NCBI GenBank assembly: GCA_951406725.2
Contig: OX597823.1
Span: forward strand, 76,136,001-76,200,000
DNA from: Octopus vulgaris
Lineage: Eukaryota
Direction of reading: 5' to 3'
DNA length: 64,000 bases
Notes under the pieces: generated by a model
The model's input: the letters and a program-made list of their open reading frames with translations, nothing else
The model's database searches: none
What the model was told of the DNA's origin: nothing
Shown: one piece after another, positions 53,843 to 64,000 of the stretch
How positions within the stretch are numbered: position 1 is the first letter of the stretch
How the letters are laid out: every line of letters begins with the position of its first letter
Position numbers and translations under genes: made by a program

Positions 53843-54186
53843 CATATAAATATATATATATATATACATATATAAATATATATATATACATATATGCCAG
53901 AAAGATTTGCAAGTATTCAGGTTTTAGAAATTGAGGAATATTATGCTAATTTTAGAATCCTACATAGTATGATCTCTTAACAATATTTGCTTTCAAAATT
54001 TTCTGCTATTTTCTTCTGTGCTGAGGCACAAAATTCGAAATTTTATGTTTATTAGGTCTCATTATCCATGTTTAAAGGAAATACCATTTCAAAAATATAT
54101 TCTATCACAGCATTCTCGACTTTTCGCATTTCTACACTTCATATTGATACATATGTGTGCTTCTGTGTATGTATATATCTATGTAT

Positions 54187-54227
<41 letters not shown>

Positions 54228-54228
54228 C

Positions 54229-54262
<34 letters not shown>

Positions 54263-54477
54263 AGAGAGAGAGAGAGAGAGGGGGGGTTATGAGAGGTACT
54301 GCATACACACACATGTATATTTGCGAATTATATGAATGCGAAAAACCGAGAAACCAATGATATACATACATATATATATATTATATGCATATCTATCTAT
54401 CTATCTCTCTATCTATCTATATATATGTGTGTGTGTGTGTTTGTGTATATAGATATTCCTTGGTCCCTTTGCTTTAG

Positions 54478-54520
54478 GATATATAAGGCATGATAATATA
54501 AATATCATGCCTTATATATC
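54478..54520. repeat. Perfect 18-bp hairpin
   Basis: gatatataaggcatgata-atataaa-tatcatgccttatatatc. Confidence 0.9.
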
Positions 54521-54660
54521 ACGCATGATATTTATAATTTTGAAGTAGTCCATCATTCCTTGCAAATTCCATCATTTTAAAATACTAGGAAATAATATGT
54601 ATAGAAAGATAAATATGACAATATATACATGTATGAGAATGCGTGTGAACGTGATTGTGC

Positions 54661-54706
<46 letters not shown>

Positions 54707-55125
54707 ATCAATGTACGTGAAAGCAGACAAACAATTCTATACCCAAATAATTAATAGACAGATTTTTAAATAGATAAATTCTTTGATTGATCGATGTGTG
54801 TGTGTTAAGTCCGCGAATCTATCCACGTATATATCAATCATGAAATCTGTCTAGCAATTTATCTAACTTTAGAATTATTACCCTATCAATTTTTTCACAC
54901 CGGCTCATATATACTTACAGCCTTATATGCACATACATACATAAAACAACATACAAATGTATAAATGCATACATAGAAAATATTTACACGCATTTGCACG
55001 TACGCATATAGACATACACACATATAAGTGCGTAAATATGTAAATATGTGTATGTGTGCGAGTGTGTTTGTGTGTGTACTTATAACTATATAGAGGTAGA
55101 TAGATAGACAGACAGACAAACAGAC

Positions 55126-55263
<138 letters not shown>

Positions 55264-55639
55264 ACAGACAGATGAAACAGTTATAGAGAAACAGAATTGT
55301 TTACTTCCGTTATCTTACTCGGTTAATATTATGGCCGAACTATGGAATCTAGACAAAATATATTTTCTAGGTCCCCTTTTTCATTGTCAAGGAGAATACA
55401 TTGGCAAGTAGTAATTGTTACTATAATGTTTATATGCAATCAAAATCGAGGGCTGCAGCAGGAAATTGCACCATTTTGGTGTTGTTATAAAGAAACTTAA
55501 AAATAAAAGCCAGGTAAGTTTCTGAACAAAATGCACATAGATATATATAGTTCAATGTAAATTCTACTATACGATATTTATATTTGTGCGTGTACATGTG
55601 TGAATATGTATGTGGGGCGGGGTGTTTGTGTGAGTGTGA

Positions 55640-56300
55640 ATGGTGGTTGTCTATCCTTATACAAAGTCTGACCATCTCCTTTACCTACAGCTTAGATCCA
55701 TCATGGCAAATGATATGGCCTTTTAAACAAGACAACGTATTGAAAAGACACCCACATAAACTGCATATCGGATTTGGACCACTTAGGGCTGCAGTTAAGT
55801 TCCGATCTTTGTAGAACATAAAATGTCTTTTGAGGCCTTCGTTACATTTGCAGACTTTATGGCATACATAACATTGAAAGGTGTGGACAGACATTTAGGC
55901 AAATGAGATTTGAGCACAACAAAGAGAGGTCTGTTCTGTCACAAACATTGCACACAAAAGGTCATGGTGGTTCACCTTCTCGATCGTAACACTCTATTTT
56001 AAATCTCTCTTGAGTCCTGCATANNNNNNNNNNNNNNNNNNNNNNNNNNNNNNNNNNNNNNNNNNNNNNNNNNNNNNNNNNNNNNNNNNNNNNNNNNNNN
56101 NNNNNNNNNNNNNNNNNNNNNNNAACTACAAGGCTGCATCTCCTTTACATAGAACCTAATTAAAGGCTGTTATATAGTAATAAGCGACCTATTCTCTCAG
56201 CCAGATTCTTAGAAGTACTTAACATTATTAACAAATGTTGTTCACAATGTCTTTCGATGAAAGTGTTTTCAATTGCCACTCCTAGTGTTATAAGCAAACC
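55640..56300 (-). mobile_element. 3' end of an RTE-like LINE with C-terminal C2H2-like fingers, spanning the gap
   Basis: FVCNVCDRT..LKSH, FQCYVCHKVCKCNEGLKRH and ICSLCGCLFNTLSCLKGHIICH, then stop and a short 3' UTR into a (CA)-rich tract. No TGEKP linkers; frameshifted. Continuation past the gap is tentative. Confidence 0.55.
56024..56123. other. Assembly gap (100 N)
   Basis: Run of 100 n. Confidence 1.
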
Positions 56301-57424
56301 TCAGTACAAGGTGTCGTTAAAGAAAATACGCAAGTAGCTTTCTAATAACACGGACAGAAGACTATATTCTCACAAGTCGTGCTTTTCTGTCCGTCCTTCA
56401 GAAATTTTCTTCAGATCACAATGATTTGCAAGAGATTTATTGAAAGAAACGAAATTAACGAAATAATCAGTAATTTTATACAGTGAAATCATATACGCAA
56501 CGTAAAGATAAATAAGATTTATATTTTCCTCCCGGTTATAGTTTATTTTCTCCTCCCACACCAAAAGAAATAAAATGGCCATAAATAGTTCACTTACATA
56601 TAGAACAATAGACTGAGTAATTCAAGGAAAGACAAATTGATGCGGAGAGTGAATAAGAAAGACAAGTTCAATGAAAATAACAGATTTACTGAAAACTTTG
56701 GATTTATTGAATATAGTTGCTTCTAATATTTGAAACTGTACTTTAGAGGAGTGTAAACGATTTTACAGTGAATGCTTTATAATCTTTTACACAACTTTAC
56801 ACTTAGTAAAACAGTCACTTTTCTGTTTGCACGCTACATATATTATTTTATTGACATACGAAAGCTGAAAACATTCTTAATTGTCAATAAAAAGCATTCA
56901 CTGAAGCATATCATTTACCATTTTCTTTATCCATGTGGATGTTTTTACTAAAATATTTCCCTAGAAAGTTATTTTAATATTTTGGACAGAAGTATACAAA
57001 AATCCTTTCACAGACGTCGTCTGACGCAAATTTTATTAACGCACGCACACATAATCACAAATGTGAGGACGTTTATGTGGTTATTCGACCTGCTATAAAC
57101 TGCAGCCAAGTCTCCTTCAAATCATTCAGAAAGACACATCAAAATGATAGAAGTAGAGCCACAACGAGAAACGTTGTTTATGGAGAAGACATCTAAATGT
57201 AAATGTTATACAATAAAATATTTTTATAATAAATGTTTTTGTTTAACAAATATTAAAAGATTATTTAGCATTCACGGAAAAAGACAATCTAAATTTCGAT
57301 AATTTACACAATTAAAAAACGTCAAATCTGACATCTAATTTAGTTTGACAATCAAAACAGAATTAAAGTTAATAAAATTCTAATTCTTTCAATAATTTTT
57401 TTGTACTCAAACTGAATATATTTT

Positions 57425-57890
57425 ATATTCTTTTCTACTCTAGGCACAAGGCCCGATATTTTGTGGGAGGGGGCCAGTCGATAAAATTGACCCCAGTGCG
57501 CCACTGGTACTTAATTTATTGACCCCGAAAGGATAAAAGGCAAAGTCAACCTCGGCGGAATTTGAATGCAGAGCATAAAGACAGACGAAATGCCGCTAAG
57601 CATTTAACCCAGCGTGTTAAACATAGAGGGGACAAACAAGGACAAACGAAGGGATTAAGTCGATTACATCAACCCCAGTGCGTAACTGGTATTTAATTTA
57701 TCGGCCCTGTAAAGATTAAAGGCAAAGTCGACTCGGCCTAATTTGAACTCAGAACGTAGCGGCAGACGAAGTACCGCTAAGCATTTCGCCCGGCATGCTA
57801 ATCTTTTCTGCTATAGGCAAAAAGCCTGAAATTTTGGGGGAAGGTGCACGTCGATTACATCGGCCCCAGTATTTAACTGGTAATATATTT
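57425..57890 (-). mobile_element. Cluster of three SINE B/B' copies or fragments
   Basis: B' at 57425-57620, B at 57621-57810 and a B' tail at 57810-57890. Confidence 0.8.
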
Positions 57891-58149
57891 TATATTATAG
57901 GAGGCATTGCATTTTAAATCGACAAACAATTATAGTTTAAGGATATGTCCGTTTCTACCGTCAGCATTGGGGCGCATATAAAAAATTATTTGGATCAAAT
58001 CTCTTCCATTTTAAATATCCTTTCTAATGCGCATGCATGTACGTAAGTCTTTTTTCTCTACAGTCCGCCTTATCAGACTCCACTTAAAAACCATTAGCAT
58101 TTAATACGACGTACACAAAATACAACAGGTCCCTAACGGCCAGCTAATA

Positions 58150-58340
58150 ATATTGGTTTCAAATTTTGGCAGAAGGCCAGTAATTGGAGGGTGGGGCAAA
58201 GGGGATTACGTCGACCCCAGTGCTCAAATGATACTTATTTTATTGACTCTTACAGGATAAAAGCAGAAGTTGAACTCAGAACGTAAAGTTGGACGAAATA
58301 CCGCTAACCATTTTGCTTGGCGTGCTAACGATTTTTCCAA
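58150..58340 (-). mobile_element. SINE B'
   Basis: ggtttcaaattttggcagaaggcc...cgaccccagtgc...gaactcagaacgta...gcgtgctaacgat. Confidence 0.75.
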
Positions 58341-58380
58341 CCAAAATACATATTGAAACACTTAATATATGATTCAATTT

Positions 58381-58600
58381 TAAGGCAGCGCGCTGGCAAA
58401 ATCGTGAGTACCCCGGGGGGAAACACTTAGTGGCATTCCGTTTGTCTTTACATTCTGAGTTCAAATTCCGTTGAGGTTGATTTTACCTTTCATTCTTTGG
58501 GCGTTGATAAAATAAGCACCAATTGAGTACTGGGGGCGATGTAATCGACTAGGCCCCTATCCCAAAATTTCTGGCATTGTGCCAATATTTGAAATCAATA
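58381..58600 (+). mobile_element. SINE B' (head-to-head with the 58150 copy)
   Basis: aaggcagcgcgctggca...gagttcaaattccg...gtgccaatatttgaaatcaata. Confidence 0.8.
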
Positions 58601-59441
58601 TATGGGTCAATTTCAAATAAATATAATTAACAATTTGTATTGCGATATCAATGATTTGAGATATGTTATTATAAAAACGAACACAAAACATTGCTGGCAT
58701 CCCCTGAAATAAAACAGAAATTGAAAGAAATGTCCTTCCCATTGACCAGTTTCTAACAAGATTTATTTTAGATTTCATAGAAGTTAGTGGCAAGAAGAGA
58801 AACGATGTAAGATGCGTAAACTTTATTCATATACGTGTTGCTAAAATGTTATGAACTACATTGCTAGATTCGTTAACTATCAGCTCAACTATATCCTTCC
58901 TTATATCTTTTCAAGCCGCATATCTCACTACATAAACAATACATTTGATAGATAATGTTGTTACACAAATTTAAAGATAATGTAGTGTAGGGTAGTTTTA
59001 TTGCAAGCCATTTGTGATCTCAAACAAATTTAAAGAGAATTGTTCACACAAATATAACGAATCTGTGACAACGTTTCAGGAAGCAAATTTTGCATCGAAG
59101 ATCAAAGCAACGTTTCAAAAGAATCGGCTCAGTGCTTACTACAAGACATAAGATTGGAATCGCTTGCATTCAGAACTAATCATCATGGCCGTAGCTCCTT
59201 TTCAACCAGTGAGTGAGAATTGTTAGTGTTAGTGAGTTCTCACTTTCTTTTCAAACCTCACATATCTATAAAATCATGTGGGGATTTTTCGTGACCACGA
59301 GATATTATAGAAGCTGTGGCAGGTAAGTCTGTGTGTCCCAACGCAACGCTGGGAAAAAAGCAGTTCTCCCTCACACTTACTATCTCCAATTCGATCAATT
59401 CGATATATTTATGTGTGTGTGTGTGTGTGTGTGCGCGCGCT

Positions 59442-59731
59442 GGCGAAGGCGCAATGGCCCAGTGGTTAGGGCAGCGGACTCACGGACGTAGGATCGCGGT
59501 TTCGATTCCCAGACTTGGCGTTGTGAGTGTTTATTGAGCGAAAACACCTATAGCTCCGGCAGGGGGTTGTGGTGATCCCTGCTGTACTCTTTCGCCACAA
59601 CTTTCTTTCACTCTAACTTCTGTTGGTCTGCTCGCTTAGCCAGCGAGGAGGCGTCATTTGAAGGCTAAAACAATGCAAAGCGCATTGTGACCAGCGATGT
59701 GTAGCAACAACTGATAGCCTGATCGGTCACG

Positions 59732-59736
<5 letters not shown>
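59442..59736 (+). mobile_element. SINE family C, variant 2
   Basis: Head gcaatggcccagtggttagggcagcggactc...gtttcgattccc is shared with 19572 and 61297; the 3' body differs. Confidence 0.85.
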
Positions 59737-59800
<64 letters not shown>

Positions 59801-60120
59801 CGCATGGCTCAGTGGTTAGAGCATCGAGTTTACGATCATGAGGTTGTGAGCTCGAAACCCGGACTGAGCTGCAGGTTGTGTTCTTGAGCAAGACACTTTA
59901 TTTCACGTTACTTCAGTTCCCTCAGCTGTAGAAATGAGTTGCAACGTCACAGGTGCCAAGCTATATCGGTCCTTGCCTTTCCGTTGGATAACACTGGTGG
60001 CGTGGAGAGGGGAGGCCGGTATGCAGGTCTTCCATAAACCACCTTGCCCGAACTTGTGCCTGCGAGGGTGAATTTCTAGGTGCAATCCCATGGTCAGTGT
60101 CGTGACCGAGGAGGGTCTCA
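59801..60120 (+). mobile_element. tRNA-head SINE family D
   Basis: A-box tggctcagtgg and B-box gctcgaaaccc, then tgtgttcttgagcaagacactt...ctcagctgtagaaatg (CORE-like). Confidence 0.75.
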
Positions 60121-60139
60121 GATACATATATATAATATC

Positions 60140-60226
<87 letters not shown>

Positions 60227-60326
60227 AAGAAAGAGATAAATCTAGACAGATGATAGATAGATTATAGATAGATAAATACACATACATACACAGATCTATA
60301 TACATAAATATATGTGAAATAAATAT

Positions 60327-60413
<87 letters not shown>

Positions 60414-61296
60414 CATACATATACATATATAGATACATACATACACACAAACACACCTGATGAAAAGAATGTTATCTCACACTATGAGTAGCTTTCCTTC
60501 ATTGACACGCTTATTTGTACACATACACTGATATTTGGGGGGTTTGTAAATACATACATGATGTTACATACATGCTTGCGTAAAGGTTTACATAAACATG
60601 AATACATTGTGGAAAGTGTTTACTCTGTCTTCACAGATATTTGACTAAAAATACATGAATCTTGATTCTACTTATTTAAACATTTTTTATCAATAAGAAT
60701 TGCTCTTATTTCCGAAACATGATTTTGTATGTGTTTGTATGTGTGTATGTATGTATGTGTGTGTTCATTTAATGATTGTTGTTGTGGTTTTACGTTCTCA
60801 GTTTATGTATTACTAGATATTGTAAATTTATTCCTATTTTCTTGGAGAAGCTACTTAACATATTTTAATTTGTCTTCTTTGTTGGGATCCATCGTGGTTG
60901 ACATATTTTTATTGAAAAATTAAATCCACTCTCTTAATATTTAACAAATCTTCGTGTCCTTCTTTTTCTTGTTTCTGATCATGCAACAATTATTACTTCA
61001 CGGTTAGATTCATAACATTCGCTATATTAACTGCATTTGACATTGTCCATAATCAACTTCAATTTAGAAGAAGGGATAACGAAAGAAGTTCTTAAATAGT
61101 AATTGAACAATCTTAAGTAATAGTATAGATATGTGTGGGGTAGGCATATTGTTCTTTTATCTTAAACGAACGTATTTAACAACGAAAGTATTGTCATTAG
61201 CGGGTGAGAAAACCTATAGAAAAACATGCTGCGCCTTCCCTTTCTTTCATTTTTCTTCCATTTACCTTACTCTCCCTTATCATACTAGCAAAACCA

Positions 61297-61677
61297 TGGA
61301 GGCACAATGGCCCAGTGGTTAGGACAGCGGAGTCACGTTTGTTGGATAGCGGTTTCGATTCCGAGACCGAGTGTTGAGACTGTTTATTGAGCGAAACCAC
61401 CTACAGCTCTACGAGGCTCTGTCAGGGGATGGTGGTGAACCCTGCTGTACTCTTTCACCACAACTTTCTCTCACTTTTTCTTCCTGTTTCTGTTGTACCT
61501 GTATTTCAAAGTGCCAGCCTTGTCACACTTTGTGTCACGCTGAATCTCCTAGGGAACTACATTAAGAGTACACGTGTCTCTGGAGTGCTCAGCCACTTGC
61601 ACGTTAATTTCACGAGCAGGCTGTTCTGTTGATCGGATCAACTGCAACTCTCGGCATCGTAACCGACGGAGTGCTAC
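61297..61677 (+). mobile_element. SINE family C, variant 3, 14-bp TSD
   Basis: TSD tactagcaaaacca at 61283-61296 and 61678-61691. Confidence 0.9.
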
Positions 61678-61792
61678 TACTAGCAAAACCAACGAGATAA
61701 GTTTGAAGATTGCATGTCTTTCAAAACGGAAAATATTTGAGGTGATTGACTTACAGTATATCCAAATAGATTGCTGGCTAATTTCTATATTA

Positions 61793-62015
61793 AATATTGC
61801 TTTCAAATTTTGGCAAAAAGCCAGCAATTTCGGGAAGAAGGGAGGGGAATTCAATTACATCGACCCCAGTCTTCAACAGGTGCTTGTTTTATCGATTTCG
61901 AAAGGATTAAAGGCAAAGTTGGCCGCGACAGAATTAAAACTCCGAACGTAGAAACGGACGAAAATCCGCTATGCATTTTGCCCGGCGTACTAACAATGCT
62001 GACAGCTCGTCGCTT
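61793..62015 (-). mobile_element. SINE B'
   Basis: tttcaaattttggcaaaaagccagc...ggcaaagttggccgcg...gcattttgcccggcgtactaac...cagctcgtcgc. Confidence 0.75.
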
Positions 62016-62121
62016 TATTTTTGTCTAACATGTTTCAAGAAAATAACAATTTCTTCTTTCAATCAAGTTGTCGAGAAAAGGAACAGTAACGGCTATAAAA
62101 GAGGTATTTTCTATTATTTAT

Positions 62122-62541
62122 AGGCGTAGAAGTGGCTGTGTGGTAAGTAGCTTGCTTACCAGCCAAATGGTTTCGGGTTCAGTCCCATTGCGTGGCACCT
62201 TGGGCAAGTGTCTTCTACTATAGCCTCGGGCCGACCAAAGCCTTGTGAGTGGATTTGGTAGTCGGAAACGGAAAGAGGCCTGTCGTATATATGTATATGT
62301 ATACATGTGTGCGTGTGTGCATTTATGTGTCTGTGTTAATCCGCCCAAAATCGCTTGACATCTGATGCTGGTGTGTTTACGTCCCCGTAAGTTAGCGGTT
62401 CGGCAAAAGAGACCAATAGAATAAGTAGTAGGCTTACAAAGAATAAGTCCTAGGGTCGATTTGCTCAACTAAAGGTGGTGCTCCAGCATAGCCGCACTCA
62501 AATGACTGAAACAAGTAAAAGAGTAAAAGAGTCAAAAGAGA
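62122..62541 (+). mobile_element. SINE family A, full length
   Basis: aggcgtagaagtggctgtgtggtaagtagc...ggttcagtccc...aagtaaaagagtaaaagag. Confidence 0.92.
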
Positions 62542-63428
62542 CCCAGAGTAAATTAGCTATGATAGAAATTAAATAATTTAAATGTAGGAAGACAAGGAGG
62601 ATATGATTTTCATTGAGTGTCACTGAGGAGTTTGAACATCTGAACATAGATTCTTGATAACCGAGTATAAACTTCGTTGTTATTAAATCCGGAGTCAGAT
62701 CTGATCCAGCAACGACTAAAAGACAGTCTAGCTTTGCCCGTTGTGCGTCTGACCGATCAGTATATCTGAAACTGTATTATCCAAAGAGCCCCTACTTTTT
62801 TAAAGCCAGTAGTGTGTGATTTCATGGAAATGTGGGCAATGGATACAAATCAACACATTTCCCCCTGCAATAGAAAAAAGTGTTACAAACGCTGGAATGA
62901 GATGAAAGTGTCGTCTTGCCAAATTATACAGTTTGGTGGGTTACAAGAAAAACTATATTGGTTTGAGAACATCGTTTTCTTGGTCTGCCGAAAAAGGCAT
63001 TTTTTTCCAAATACGCCAGCTAAACTAAGTTGTACTGTCTATAGTCGTAAGACACCCGCTGTTTTTGTCCTGTTATTACTACTATTGCTTTTTGCATTTA
63101 TATTCGTGTGGCATCGTCCGTTTTTCTGTCGCTGTTTCCTATACATTCGATACTTTTTCCAAGAACTCTAATGCTCGTAGCTTAGTTTTTCCTTGGGGCT
63201 GGCCGGATCGGAGCGATCTCAAGATTAATCAGCCGAAATTGTGAGGATGATCCGGTTCTTGACTGAAGATTGAAGGCTTCGAATGTCCCGTCCGTGTTTT
63301 TTGTATCGTCTTCTAAATTTTTTACGTTCTTGTCCCAGTTTGTATCTTTTTACATATATATATATATATCAAGAGAGAGGGGGAGAGGGTGGAGGGGAGA
63401 GAGGGAGAGAGAGATAGACATTTAGGTT

Positions 63429-63465
<37 letters not shown>

Positions 63466-63909
63466 AACGTTGAGAAGAAAGACAGGCAGACAGATATTTG
63501 CATATAGTTGTACACACACACACACATACACACACACACATACACACACATGAACATAGATACACATATATATGACCATCACGAAATATAGCAATATATA
63601 TATGTGGGGGGGGTGCGCGTGCGACTATGTGTTTGCGTGTGTGTGTTGTGTGTATGCATACATACATACATATATATATATATATTTGAAAATATTATAC
63701 ATATATATATATATATATTGGCATTATCACATGCATATATATTAATAATATTTATAATACGAATAAAGAACCACCGCTTTTGTGAAATCTGGAAAAATAT
63801 ACACACTTTCTATTCTCTAATTATCTTTGCAGCTCGTTTGAGTCCCCCCTCGAAGTTTCAGTTTCTTTGATCTTTGATCTGAGAATTAATCTACTATATA
63901 CATTCATAA

Positions 63910-64000
63910 TACATACATGCATACATACATACATACATACATACATACATACATACATACATACATACATACATACATACATACATACATACATACATAC
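63910..64000. repeat. (TACA)n array running off the window end
   Basis: Direct reading. Confidence 0.95.

Noticed and set aside
60457-60520. CTGATGA followed by a hairpin
   Set aside because: The hairpin sequesters the core, and there is no GAAA box or helix I partner.
63170-63352. Hammerhead in a structured repeat end (ctgaagattgaaggcttcgaatgtc)
   Set aside because: Possibly a retroelement terminus next to (TA)n, but the helices and GAAA box do not fit.

Overview
Eukaryotic, AT-rich, microsatellite-saturated, apparently non-genic DNA (intergenic or deep intronic). The SINE repertoire and the (TA)n/(CA)n/(GATA)n/(TACA)n load fit an octopus-type cephalopod genome; this is inferred from sequence recognition, not from a database search. 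I found no intact host gene, and nearly all listed ORFs are translations of microsatellites or SINEs. The window is a transposon graveyard: about 30 tRNA-head SINE copies in at least 5 families (several with clear TSDs); four mariner and one Tc1 fossil (three with both TIRs); two non-autonomous Helitrons; three decayed Penelope-like (PLE) coding remnants; the 3' end of an RTE-like LINE with C2H2 fingers next to a 100-N gap; and several foldback or palindromic elements. The most notable hidden signal is about 14 minimal type-I hammerhead-ribozyme-like motifs with palindromic helix III, belonging to several sequence families. Nearly all point 3' toward a nearby (TA)n/(CA)n tract, and some occur as convergent pairs or inside near-perfect DNA palindromes. 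Coordinates and identities were read by eye, so ends of decayed elements are approximate.
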